Positions 9,210 to 18,683 of a stretch of DNA of 64,000 bases are shown one piece after another. The stretch's first letter is position 1. Every line of letters begins with the position of its first letter. The DNA is from a plasmid, in sequence record NZ_CP145916.1; one strand, written 5' to 3'. Below the pieces are notes generated by a model. It did not search any database, was not told the origin of the DNA, and saw only the letters and a program-made list of their open reading frames with translations. Position numbers and translations under genes: made by a program.

Positions 9210-10289
9210 GTGAATATGAGCAGGAAAAATCAGGTTGCAGCAAAGCCAGTTTCAGCCGAAAAGGCGATGAAGCAACGTTTCTTCGGGATGTCAGGGTTGA
9301 TCATCGTTCTCAATATTGTCTTTGCTGACAATATACGAGTCCAGTTATTAACGCTTGGCCTGATGATTATAATCCAGCTCCTTTTCACTCCTGCCGGACG
9401 CGTTTTGGTTGGTACATGGGCCAAGAAAGAAAAATGGCGCACGTTGAATGTCCCTCAAAAAACCACTTTCTTTAAATTCTACGTAGCTATTCCAGTTATC
9501 GCTCTCGCCCTTCTGATCCACACTGCAACCTTCGCCCGTGACCTTGCAGATGTGGTCATGGGTTTCGTCTTTCCTCCGAGTGAAGACATATCCGACAGCG
9601 CCATGCTGACAAAACTAAACAGCAAAATGGACGCCGCCCTACCCAATGTCATAGCTTCCCTAGCCTTGTACTTCGCTTACCTCTTTGGTGTCGGCTCTGT
9701 TGTGAAAAACATGCAAATAGGCATGTCGGGCAAGATGATTAAGCGAATCAAAAACAGTGCAGATGCCAAACGAGTTTTAGAGCAAATGACGTGGGATCAG
9801 TTTGAAAAAATTCTCCGAAAATTTTTTGAGACTAAAGGTTACGTTGCGACTTTAACTAACACTGGTGCAGATGGTGGCGTTGATATTGCTCTGAGCAAAA
9901 ATGGTCGCCGCGAAATGGTGCAGGCGAAGCACTGGAAAGTGAACCGTGTGGGTGTTGCCGTGGTTCGTGAAATTTACGGTGTGGTGCAGGCCGAAGGTAT
10001 GCACAAAGGTTTTATCGTTACATCTGGATTGTTCTCTGAGGATGCTCGCGAGTTCGCTGACAAAGTGGGAGGCAAAATTGTCCTGATAGACGGAAACCTA
10101 CTGATAGAAATTATTAAGGGTGACTCCAATTTTGAGAAACAGACCAGTGACGGCATTAGCAGTGCAGTCCCTCTCGATAGTAACAGTTGTTCGATTTGTG
10201 GTGGAACCATGTTGCTGAGAACTGGAAATAAAAAAACCTTCTGGGGCTGTTCTAACTTCCCTGAGTGCAGGAATACCCGTGAAGTTTGA
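9210..10289 (+). CDS. membrane-anchored Mrr-type restriction-endonuclease-domain protein with C-terminal topoisomerase-type C4 zinc ribbon
   Basis: N-terminal TM helices; Mrr_cat-like core (GADGGVDIALS...VQAKHW...GFIVTSGLFSEDAREFA); C-terminal CSICGG...WGCSNFPEC. Confidence 0.65.
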   Translation: MNMSRKNQVAAKPVSAEKAMKQRFFGMSGLIIVLNIVFADNIRVQLLTLGLMIIIQLLFTPAGRVLVGTWAKKEKWRTLNVPQKTTFFKFYVAIPVIALALLIHTATFARDLADVVMGFVFPPSEDISDSAMLTKLNSKMDAALPNVIASLALYFAYLFGVGSVVKNMQIGMSGKMIKRIKNSADAKRVLEQMTWDQFEKILRKFFETKGYVATLTNTGADGGVDIALSKNGRREMVQAKHWKVNRVGVAVVREIYGVVQAEGMHKGFIVTSGLFSEDAREFADKVGGKIVLIDGNLLIEIIKGDSNFEKQTSDGISSAVPLDSNSCSICGGTMLLRTGNKKTFWGCSNFPECRNTREV

Positions 10290-10325
10290 TGTTAATCGCC
10301 GCGCCAGCTATGGCGCTTTTGTCTT

Positions 10326-11330
10326 TTGGTTACTCTCTCTGAAAAGGATCGCCTCATGATTGAATACGAATTTCATGAAACAGCAAATGCGTTCCCGTAT
10401 ATCAGTGGTGATTCTTTCGAGTCCCTGAAAGAAGACATTCGCATCAACGGGATTCTTGAACCAATTTTCCTGTATGAAGGGAAAATTATCGACGGAAGAA
10501 ACCGGTATCGTATTGCGAAAGAATTGAACCTTGAAGATGTCCCTTTCCAGAACTATGAAGGTGATAACCCTGTAGGCTTCGTTCAGAGCATGAACCTCCA
10601 TCGTCGTCAGTTGAGTCCCAGTCAGAAGGCTGCTGCTGCCGCTTTCCTCGCTGATTTCCGCCAAGGTAAGCACGATGATGAAGAAGAGTACCAGACTCAA
10701 GACGCTATAGCGAAAATGCTTGGCATTTCTAAGCGGATGGTTGTTGAGGCCACCAGCCTTAAAAAGAATGGTGATACCGACTTGATTGAACGTGTACGCA
10801 CGGGAGAGATAAGCCTACATAACGCCACTGCTATCGCCCGGCTCAACCCGGAAGACCAAAAATCTATTGTGGGTGAAGGAAGCCAGCGGGCTAAAGAAGT
10901 CGCTAAAAAAATTAAAGCGATGACGAAAGGAAAAGGCCGGAAGAAAAAAGACGACCCGGAACGGATTATTGATATCGCTGATGTCGATGCCTTCTCCTTA
11001 CCGGAAAAAAACATATCAACGAGTGCATTCGAGCCGGAATCTATCGAAATGGAAATAGACGATCCCGCGCCTGAATCTGCCCCTGTAAAAGTGAGGAAGC
11101 CTAGAGGAAAGAAAATTGCCATAGAAGAGGCCAGCGATTTCGGCCACTCGTTGATAGACGCTATAATCGTGCTCGGGGCAACCGCTGAGGATGCCGATGG
11201 GGGGAACAACGTAATACAGGCCGCATTATCTGATGAGCAACTTTCATTGTTTGCTGATTCTTATAATGCTGTTGAGTTACGGGCATTGCTAACTGCCGGG
11301 CTCCGAGAGTTAGAAAAGCTAGTTAAGTAA
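10326..11330 (+). CDS. ParB/sulfiredoxin-like nuclease-domain protein
   Basis: N-terminal ParB-N motif IIDGRNRYRIAKEL; basic/acidic C-terminal half. Confidence 0.6.
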   Translation: MVTLSEKDRLMIEYEFHETANAFPYISGDSFESLKEDIRINGILEPIFLYEGKIIDGRNRYRIAKELNLEDVPFQNYEGDNPVGFVQSMNLHRRQLSPSQKAAAAAFLADFRQGKHDDEEEYQTQDAIAKMLGISKRMVVEATSLKKNGDTDLIERVRTGEISLHNATAIARLNPEDQKSIVGEGSQRAKEVAKKIKAMTKGKGRKKKDDPERIIDIADVDAFSLPEKNISTSAFEPESIEMEIDDPAPESAPVKVRKPRGKKIAIEEASDFGHSLIDAIIVLGATAEDADGGNNVIQAALSDEQLSLFADSYNAVELRALLTAGLRELEKLVK

Positions 11331-11367
11331 AAACATATTTTTTTAAAGATCCAAAGGGGGATTTTTT

Positions 11368-12600
11368 ATGACTGAGAAGCGCGGAACCGGAACAGAGTAT
11401 GGTCAGGATAAGCTGAAAGAAAGAGCAGAAGCCTCTGAGGTGACTGAGGAAAAAAAGCCTAAGTCAAAGCTCAAAATTATTAGCATCGTGGTCATAGCCG
11501 CTATTGGGGTGGGGGCATTGTATCCGGTAGTCTTCGACAGTAAAAAAACACCGGCTGAAAAAAACGAAGAGGTTGTGGCTCTTAATTCAGACGGTACTGC
11601 GATAGGCCCAGTGGTCACTAATGCTGATGATAAAGAGAGCCTGAGTGACTCAAATAAGTCCGTCACCACCGACACGGCCATTGCAGATAAACCTGCTGCC
11701 TCTGAACACAGCGATGCTGATAAACCTGCTGACCCTGAAAATAGCGATGCTGATAAGGCTGCTACTGATAAGGCCGATGCAGGCAACGCTGAACAGCCCG
11801 TTGATCATACCGACCCTGAGCAGATGCTGATGGATATGGCCGCACCTACCAATCCGTCAGTTGAAATTGTCCCTGCCGAGAAGATAGTTTCGGATGCCCA
11901 CAAAGGCAGTCCCGTACCGCAACCTATCGCTCAGAATGTCAGTGACGGATCAGCTGGTATCTCTGACAAACTGGCCCCGGAAGACGTTCAGGGCATTAAG
12001 AATGCCGTTAACCATGACCCGACCGTAAACAACGCCAATCAGCCTGCAAATGAGGCTAATGCTGCTGAGGCCAATGCTGCGCCTAAGTTCAGAACCTTTG
12101 AGCCGTCTAAATTTGGTATTGATAACGTCGCTGCACCGCAACACGTCATTGCTCAACCTTCAGCGCAACCTGCTACTCTTCCGCAGTATGCAGCTACCAA
12201 CAACGCGCCATCTGATAGCCAGAACAGTGACGACGTAATCAAAAACTATACTGGGCAATCAGAAGAAGTTACCTATCAGGTTCAGTCCCAGAATACCGTT
12301 TATGTGTACGGTTCATTTGCTGCAAAAGTTTATCTGTTACCCGTTGGCAAAAATGAAAAGGTCAACGCATATCTTTCTGACTCTAAAGGGTGGCAAATCA
12401 GCCAGCTGCCGGGCGATATTCTTCGTATTCAACGTTCAGCAAACAAGTCGGATTGGAGTGACGCTACTGACCTTTTCCTTGTGGCCGGGAAGCGCACTTA
12501 CACCTTAATCCTGCAAGCAGTTGATCAGCCGAAATTGCGTACTGACAGCCTCCGTTATATGGAGCCTAAAACGCAACCAGCACATACCGGAAAAAAATAA
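11368..12600 (+). CDS. membrane-anchored acidic repeat protein (SDADKPA-type tandem repeats) with a folded C-terminal domain
   Basis: one TM helix at aa 35-55; imperfect ~30-nt tandem repeats at 11690-11790; no family recognised. Confidence 0.5.
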   Translation: MTEKRGTGTEYGQDKLKERAEASEVTEEKKPKSKLKIISIVVIAAIGVGALYPVVFDSKKTPAEKNEEVVALNSDGTAIGPVVTNADDKESLSDSNKSVTTDTAIADKPAASEHSDADKPADPENSDADKAATDKADAGNAEQPVDHTDPEQMLMDMAAPTNPSVEIVPAEKIVSDAHKGSPVPQPIAQNVSDGSAGISDKLAPEDVQGIKNAVNHDPTVNNANQPANEANAAEANAAPKFRTFEPSKFGIDNVAAPQHVIAQPSAQPATLPQYAATNNAPSDSQNSDDVIKNYTGQSEEVTYQVQSQNTVYVYGSFAAKVYLLPVGKNEKVNAYLSDSKGWQISQLPGDILRIQRSANKSDWSDATDLFLVAGKRTYTLILQAVDQPKLRTDSLRYMEPKTQPAHTGKK

Positions 12601-12616
12601 CACTTTTGCATATAAA

Positions 12617-12641
12617 TGGCGCATCTCGGTGCGCCTTTTTT
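12617..12641 (+). terminator. rho-independent terminator
   Basis: GGCGCATCTCGGTGCGCC + TTTTTT. Confidence 0.65.
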
Positions 12642-12656
12642 ATTCTGGAGAAAAAA

Positions 12657-13322
12657 ATGAACCCGGAAATTGTAGATGGTATACGCGCCGACTCAGTTGC
12701 AAATTACATCGACATCCCGCTTTCCAGCTGGACACCTAAGCAGTCTTACCTTGTGTGTCGCGGGCTGGTGGATAATGGTATTGTGCCCGGAAAAGTTGTG
12801 ATCGGTGCTTTCAGAGAGAGAGTTTTTGAATCATTTTATGAGGATCATGATGATGGCTATGCAGTTGTGCATTTTAACTACGCATGGATAGATGCCGGGG
12901 AAAATGGTGTGATTGACCCCTGCCGCTCTGACCTGAATCACGCGGATCAACGGCTTTTTCATTCTCCACTGACGCAGGAATACCACGCACCAATTGACCC
13001 GCTGGAGATGAAGAGTGCAGACCTTCCGCCGCATTACGCCATAGATGAGCTATTCCCACTGAAAAGAGGCTTGCACAAAGAAGTCGTGAATCGGCTATTA
13101 GGTTATAAGGTTGAAGTGGCCGGGTTAACAATGATTGAAGCTGCATACCTAGCTACGCTTCCGGTGTTGACCCTTGGGGATAATGCTAAAATGATTTATC
13201 TGTTTTTGATGCAGAACAACCTCAATAAGCTGATACCGATAGATAACGTGGAAAAATTTTTCCCACGATTGGCAAGAGTTTCACCTCAGCTTTTTCAGCC
13301 ACCAGCCTTTGTAACCCTGTAA
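12657..13322 (+). CDS. hypothetical protein
   Basis: GGAG SD 9 nt upstream of ATG at 12657; the longer ORF from 12606 lacks an RBS. Confidence 0.5.
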   Translation: MNPEIVDGIRADSVANYIDIPLSSWTPKQSYLVCRGLVDNGIVPGKVVIGAFRERVFESFYEDHDDGYAVVHFNYAWIDAGENGVIDPCRSDLNHADQRLFHSPLTQEYHAPIDPLEMKSADLPPHYAIDELFPLKRGLHKEVVNRLLGYKVEVAGLTMIEAAYLATLPVLTLGDNAKMIYLFLMQNNLNKLIPIDNVEKFFPRLARVSPQLFQPPAFVTL

Positions 13323-13324
13323 TA

Positions 13325-13352
13325 GAAAGGGGCGCTTAGCGCCCCTTTCTAT
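13325..13352. terminator. bidirectional terminator
   Basis: AAAGGGGCGCTTAGCGCCCCTTTCT between convergent genes. Confidence 0.7.
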
Positions 13353-13354
13353 TT

Positions 13355-14830
13355 TCAGATAATCACTATACTTTTCCCGTTCTCCTGCCGCACACTGAAC
13401 TCTCTCATCAATTCGATGATCGTAGAGTTAATACTGAGATAGTCTTTAGCCCGCGTAATAGCAACATAAATCAGGTTCATTTCATCAATGATGGAGGCTT
13501 TCGGTTTTTTCATGTCTATGGCTTCAAGGACGGAACCAAAGTCGTCATTCAGTACCACATTGTTCCATTCAAGCCCTTTACTGGTATGGGCCGTGGTGAC
13601 AATCAGATCTGCCTCAGCTTCACTTTTAGCCTCATTGTTACGCATGGTAGAAATCATGCCCGGTATGTCAATGTACTCGTCCATGATCCGAATGGCGCGG
13701 TTCATGTTGGTGTCTTTGGTCTTTTCCGCAATGTCTTCGTAGTTGGCCCAGCTGCCATAGTCTTTCAATATTTTCTTGTTTTTTATCTGGTCATATTTCA
13801 TCAGTTTTAGTGAGTGAATATCCAGAAGTTCATCAAGGTTATACTTTGCTATCCCGCCATTCCACATCACGCGTTTACCCATCATTATCGCTTCATGAGC
13901 CGACTGCACAACGCCCATAAACGTGCGGCTGATGATCGCATGGAAGCCCTGCGCCATCACTTCCTGTGGGGAACTAATATAATCCAGCTGACCCAGCCCT
14001 ATAAGCGGGTGTGTTTCACCTTTCATGCTCAGGATGAGGTTAGCAAGCCCGGCAATCATAGGCCCGAAACGGAAAGACTTCGTTAGGCGGAGAATTACCG
14101 CGCCCTGCTCTTCGACCACTGCTAAGGCGTTCTCTGCCCCACGCCAGCGGTTTATCATTTGGTGATCATCCCCAACAACGACTTTGCGGCAGTTATTATT
14201 CAGAACAATATCGAGTGTGACAGGGTTGGCATCCTGCCCCTCATCAAAGAGGATGATGTCATAGAGAGTATGCAGCGAAGGATTGGATAGCTGGAACAAC
14301 TTTAGCAGCGTATTGCCGGTGCATGGTACGTCTGAATTTATATCGATCATACCCTCCCATAGCCGTTTTGCTGCCCGTAACGCGGTATCAAAACGTGTGG
14401 ACGAAATTTTATCCTCGTCCTGAACATCCTTTTTGATGTGCTCCATAGTGATAACTCGATCAGCTGAGTTCATGAAGTTATTCACGCCCCCCACCGCCAA
14501 CTTGACCACCTGCCAGTTATCTTCCCCCAGAATATCCCGGTACTCTTTGACGCTGATATTCATGCGTGTTTTATCGGCATACTCTTTGAATCGGGAAAAG
14601 GCCATCGCGTGAGACGTGGCACAATGCACATTTTTAGGGAATTTTGTTTCTGCTTCTTCACGGATAGCTTTGTTAAAAACAATGTACAAAATTCTTTTGT
14701 CTGCGTTCCTGATAGAGAACTGAATGAGGGTAAACGTCTTACCCGTACCAGCGTAGGCTTTGCCACAAAGTAACTGGCCCGTAAAACTTGCCAGTTTTTC
14801 CTGCTCATCAGTTAATGCCACTAACAGCAC
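13355..14830 (-). CDS. UvrD/Rep-like superfamily-1 DNA helicase (stand-alone)
   Basis: Walker A GKAYAGTGKT; motif VI-like IYVAITRAKDYL near the C-terminus; DEGQD motif. Confidence 0.7.
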   Translation of the reverse strand: MLLVALTDEQEKLASFTGQLLCGKAYAGTGKTFTLIQFSIRNADKRILYIVFNKAIREEAETKFPKNVHCATSHAMAFSRFKEYADKTRMNISVKEYRDILGEDNWQVVKLAVGGVNNFMNSADRVITMEHIKKDVQDEDKISSTRFDTALRAAKRLWEGMIDINSDVPCTGNTLLKLFQLSNPSLHTLYDIILFDEGQDANPVTLDIVLNNNCRKVVVGDDHQMINRWRGAENALAVVEEQGAVILRLTKSFRFGPMIAGLANLILSMKGETHPLIGLGQLDYISSPQEVMAQGFHAIISRTFMGVVQSAHEAIMMGKRVMWNGGIAKYNLDELLDIHSLKLMKYDQIKNKKILKDYGSWANYEDIAEKTKDTNMNRAIRIMDEYIDIPGMISTMRNNEAKSEAEADLIVTTAHTSKGLEWNNVVLNDDFGSVLEAIDMKKPKASIIDEMNLIYVAITRAKDYLSINSTIIELMREFSVRQENGKSIVII

Positions 14831-14928
14831 TCCTTCTCGTTCGTTGAGATGAAATCAGCTTTCATCAGCGGATTTATTCCGTCTTTCACATCATGTGTTT
14901 ATACCTTATGGCCTGTTCAATCCGGTAA

Positions 14929-14951
14929 GGAAAAACAGGACATTTTGGGGG
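14929..14951 (-). promoter_or_regulatory. regulon box (minus reading CCCCCAAAATGTCCTGTTTTTCC) ~100 nt upstream of helicase gene
   Basis: CAAAAYGTCCYGTTTTT family. Confidence 0.4.
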
Positions 14952-15053
14952 TAAATAGGCTGTTTTTTCTTTATGTTAGAGATTGACATCGAAAATATGT
15001 GGCTCTGTTTTTTTAGTCAAAAGTTCACCGCTTTATTCGACAAAAAAAATCGT

Positions 15054-15074
15054 GAAAAACAGGACAAAACGACC
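15054..15074. promoter_or_regulatory. regulon box GAAAAACAGGACAAAACGACC in divergent promoter region
   Basis: shares the 12-mer GAAAAACAGGAC with the box at 14929. Confidence 0.35.
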
Positions 15075-15167
15075 TCTTTTTCATGCGAGGAAATGAAAGC
15101 CCTTCCTGTATATTCCACCAAGCACCGAATTTAAGCCCGTCACTACACGACAAAATGAGGATTCATT

Positions 15168-15548
15168 ATGAGCGAAAATGTATTGAAGCCGTATGCAGAG
15201 ATGACCGATGAGGAAAAGCTTGAGCGCTACAATGCGCTTTCAAAAGCAGCATCTAAAGCGGTCAAAAGTTCAATCAATCTCGATGACGATGAAAGAAAGA
15301 TAAAAACAGAAGTAAAAGAAGCCAGTGAAAAGGTTAACGAGCTTTCAAAAAAACTGGGCTCCGGTGAGAGTCATGATCGTGAAGCCTACGATGTAGCTAT
15401 GAAAGAACTGAACTCCGCCAACAAAAGGCTGGGTAAATTCCTCGACAATTACGAAGATAAGCGCGATGGAACCGGTGCTCACCTCAAGGCGTTGCAAGAT
15501 TTTATTGGCGAGATGATTGGTGAGATCTACGATGAGCAGCCGCTTTAA
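15168..15548 (+). CDS. hypothetical coiled-coil protein
   Basis: GAGG SD; charged helical composition. Confidence 0.5.
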   Translation: MSENVLKPYAEMTDEEKLERYNALSKAASKAVKSSINLDDDERKIKTEVKEASEKVNELSKKLGSGESHDREAYDVAMKELNSANKRLGKFLDNYEDKRDGTGAHLKALQDFIGEMIGEIYDEQPL

Positions 15549-15596
15549 CTCCCCTGTACATTTATATGGAAGCCCTGAAAAGGGCTTCATCTGACT

Positions 15597-15896
15597 TTGG
15601 GGGGCGCAATGTTTTATCTCTACACCGTTCTTTGGATGTCCGCTTGGAGTGTGATAGCCATCTTTGTCTACAGAAAGGATAAACGTCAGGCAGAATCACG
15701 GGGGCTTCGCGTTGAAGAGCTCACGCTTGATGCCCTTGCTATTCTGGGTGGATGGCCCGGTTGCATCTATGCGCAGCACAAGTTCAGACACAAAACCCGT
15801 AGCGCATACCAGCGTCGTTTCCGTGCCCTCGTTACCGCGTGGATCTTAGGGTTTAGCGCCCTGTGGTATTTTTTGTGGGTCGGGCAGTATATTTAA
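15597..15896 (+). CDS. DUF1294-family membrane protein
   Basis: LGGWPGCIYAQHKFRHKTRSAYQRRF pattern typical of DUF1294. Confidence 0.55.
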   Translation: MGGAMFYLYTVLWMSAWSVIAIFVYRKDKRQAESRGLRVEELTLDALAILGGWPGCIYAQHKFRHKTRSAYQRRFRALVTAWILGFSALWYFLWVGQYI

Positions 15897-15920
15897 TTTT
15901 TTCTCTTTTCCTATAGGCAC

Positions 15921-15949
15921 AAAAAAACCCGCACATGGCGGGTTTTTTT
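15921..15949. terminator. bidirectional terminator
   Basis: AAAAAAACCCGCACATGGCGGGTTTTTTT. Confidence 0.75.
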
Positions 15950-15962
15950 GTGGTCGGGGGGC

Positions 15963-16310
15963 TTAGATACCAGCCGCAGGCAGTACAGTGGTCACGCCTT
16001 CGGTAGAAGCCATCATGCCATCGATGATGTCTGGAGAGTAGTACAGACCGATTGCTGCGCCAACTGCCACTGCGAACACCATCAGTGACTGACGAACAAC
16101 CGCTGCCGCAACACCAACGATAACGATCAGGCCAACCAACACGCGGCCCAGAGAACCCTGCATGTAGTCAGTGATGGTTTTCCACACGTCGCTGAAACCA
16201 GTTTGTTCGGTGCCGTTTGCATATGCAGCAGTTACGCCCAGAGCAATAACAGCAGAAGCGGCCAGAACAGATTTTAAGTTAGAACGATTCAGAGTTTTCA
16301 TAGTGTACAT
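15963..16310 (-). CDS. traA: conjugative propilin (TraA/TrhA-like), located away from the pilus-assembly operon
   Basis: 115 aa: long basic leader, cleavage-type AAYANG site, two hydrophobic segments and a Gly/Ala-rich core typical of F/H pilins; strong terminator downstream. Confidence 0.6.
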   Translation of the reverse strand: MYTMKTLNRSNLKSVLAASAVIALGVTAAYANGTEQTGFSDVWKTITDYMQGSLGRVLVGLIVIVGVAAAVVRQSLMVFAVAVGAAIGLYYSPDIIDGMMASTEGVTTVLPAAGI

Positions 16311-16633
16311 TCCTAAGTCAGTTTCAGTTTTTACGATTTTGGAATGTCCCGCGACTATTTAACGGTTTTGAGCCGGGAACGGGATAAACTATAAAATGAA
16401 TGCCCCTCAAATCCACTTTTAAAAGGGTACAAAAAAGGCACTAAGTAACAGAAAAACCTCTGCTTTTATGGCAAACACCAGAATAGCGATAATTATGCCA
16501 AAATATGACCTTTTCCACTCCCCTCGCCCCCCCTATTATGGCCTTCATCCTTCGGTTTTCCTGATTGCATGTTTTAATGAATAGAGTGAACCGAAAGATA
16601 CTTTTGGTGTGGGGTTATATTTTAGGGGGAATT

Positions 16634-17269
16634 ATGTTCAAGAAAAAAACAGTTTTATGGGTTGCCCTTTTTGCAACCTTGAGCGTCTCATCAGCACATG
16701 CTTTCAGTCTCGGGGATATTGTTGATTCTGCACGTCAGGCCATTGGCAATGATAGCGACTCAACAGAAACGAGCGTCACGCAGTCTAACCCGGCAAAAGC
16801 TGGGGAAAGCAGAATAGCAATTGGATTTTCACCGGAAGGGTCAGCTCAGGCCGCGATCCTAGAGTTCATTAACTCGGCGCAAAAAGAAATATTGGTGTCT
16901 GCATACTCCTTTACTTCACCTGAAATTGTCCGAGCCTTAACTCAGGCCAAGCGTCGTGGCGTGGATGTGAAAATCGTTGTGGACTATAAAGGGAACACTG
17001 CAAAGAGCTCTGTTGCAGCGATGAATCTGGTTGTCAATGCAGGCATACAGATAAGAACTATTCAGAAGTACGCTATTCACCACGATAAATTCATTATCGT
17101 TGACCGGGAAAGTGTGGAAACCGGCTCATTCAACTATTCAAAATCAGCCAATACACGCAACAGCGAAAACGTGATAATTCTCTACAACATGCCGCAGGTA
17201 GCCACGCAGTATTACTCGCACTGGCTGTCACGATGGAACGATGCCCAACCGTGGAGTTCAAGCTACTAA
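16634..17269 (+). CDS. nuc: periplasmic phospholipase-D-family endonuclease (Nuc-like)
   Basis: signal peptide; HxK(x4)D motif IHHDKFIIVD; AGGGGG SD before ATG at 16634. Confidence 0.7.
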   Translation: MFKKKTVLWVALFATLSVSSAHAFSLGDIVDSARQAIGNDSDSTETSVTQSNPAKAGESRIAIGFSPEGSAQAAILEFINSAQKEILVSAYSFTSPEIVRALTQAKRRGVDVKIVVDYKGNTAKSSVAAMNLVVNAGIQIRTIQKYAIHHDKFIIVDRESVETGSFNYSKSANTRNSENVIILYNMPQVATQYYSHWLSRWNDAQPWSSSY

Positions 17270-17280
17270 CAGGCAATAAA

Positions 17281-17308
17281 AAAGGCTCTCTAAAAAGGAG
17301 CCTTTTTC
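17281..17308. terminator. bidirectional terminator
   Basis: AAAGGCTCTCTAAAAAGGAGCCTTTTTC. Confidence 0.7.
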
Positions 17309-17322
17309 TTCTACAGCGTTAT

Positions 17323-17685
17323 TCAGCTGCATTTCCCAAAATAAGTTTTTATCTTATTCTTATATTCAAAGCTTTTCGGGTAAGTAGGATCTGACTCCAC
17401 TTTATCCTCCAGCTCTTTGAATACGGCGTCTTTTGAGGATATTAGTTTGATATCCTTAAACCCCAGAGCCAGATCGCAACGTTCACGCTTAATATCCACA
17501 ACATCGCTCATCACGACGCTTAGCGCGGCATTTTCATTGGCAATTGAGCTCAGGTACTCATCGACCTCACTCCCTTCTACCGGGGCCACGTTTTCCGCTA
17601 CAGGCTCATCTAGTACGAAATCATCCTCAGACCATGCCGAAACGGAAGTTAAAGATAACACCAACAAAATCAGTATTTTTTTCAT
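17323..17685 (-). CDS. secreted hypothetical protein
   Basis: signal peptide MKKILILLVLSLTSVSAWS from the internal ATG at 17685. Confidence 0.45.
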   Translation of the reverse strand: MKKILILLVLSLTSVSAWSEDDFVLDEPVAENVAPVEGSEVDEYLSSIANENAALSVVMSDVVDIKRERCDLALGFKDIKLISSKDAVFKELEDKVESDPTYPKSFEYKNKIKTYFGKCS

Positions 17686-17746
17686 AACGGTATATTCCTT
17701 CGCAAAAAAAAGCACCTCAATCAAGGTGCCTTATATAGCCTGTGAA

Positions 17747-18655
17747 CTACTTCTGAGCCGGAGGCGCGGTTTCTTGAGCCTGAGCTCGCTCTGGGTGTGC
17801 CATACCCTCAATCACTTGCACGAATTTAGCGAAAGGCTGAGCACCAACAATTGTCTCAGTTTTACCCGTCTCATTATCAATGACGATAGTAGCAGGTGTA
17901 CCTGTTACCCCTGCAACGTTCCCGGCCTGCATATCATCTTTGATTTTTTTGATAATCACCGGGTCGGTCAGGCAGGATTCGTATTGTTCCTTATTCAGTC
18001 CGAACAATTCAGGGATCTTGTCTGACCCTGCAAAGCCTTGGCCGTTACCTGCCGAGTTAGTGAACCAGTATTCGGTGAAGGCCCAGAAACCTTTGCTACC
18101 CTTCTGCTGAGCTACACACTCCCCCATCATTGCGGCTTTAGAGGCCATCGGCTCATGGAATGACAGAGGGAAATGACGCCATACCCAGTTCACCATGCCG
18201 TTTTTGGCACTATCAACCAAATACTTAGGCGTTTCGTGGAATCGTTTGCAGAATGGGCATTCGAGATCGGAGTAGTTAATCAGGGTAAAGCGAGCGCTTG
18301 GGTTTCCGTACATATGATGGCCGTCTTTACTTTCACCAGACGCATCCCAGTTTTTGTATAGATTAGCCTGTGCTTCTGCAACTTTATCATTTTCAATATT
18401 TTTCAGTGCTTCGGCAACTGAGCCCTGTAAATCCGCTCCACCTCCCTTTTTCAGAAGCGAAGTATGGTAAGTGATGTCGGCCTGAATACTTTTCAGCATA
18501 TTGCTGTTTTCAATAACAAGCCCTTTGACTTGGTTTATGTTTTTTTCGTTATCGTGCGCTTGATATCCTGCATAAACTGACGCGCCAGCGGCAACAATCA
18601 CTAAACATCCGATCACCAATGGCCCCACGACGGATGGTTTTTTTAACTGACTCAT
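17747..18655 (-). CDS. DsbA-like thiol:disulfide oxidoreductase (thioredoxin fold, CPFC)
   Basis: N-terminal anchor/signal; CPFCKRFH active site; C-terminal cis-Pro region GVTGTPATIVID. Confidence 0.65.
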   Translation of the reverse strand: MSQLKKPSVVGPLVIGCLVIVAAGASVYAGYQAHDNEKNINQVKGLVIENSNMLKSIQADITYHTSLLKKGGGADLQGSVAEALKNIENDKVAEAQANLYKNWDASGESKDGHHMYGNPSARFTLINYSDLECPFCKRFHETPKYLVDSAKNGMVNWVWRHFPLSFHEPMASKAAMMGECVAQQKGSKGFWAFTEYWFTNSAGNGQGFAGSDKIPELFGLNKEQYESCLTDPVIIKKIKDDMQAGNVAGVTGTPATIVIDNETGKTETIVGAQPFAKFVQVIEGMAHPERAQAQETAPPAQK

Positions 18656-18683
18656 TTAAATCCCCCTAGAAAAACTGTTTTAG

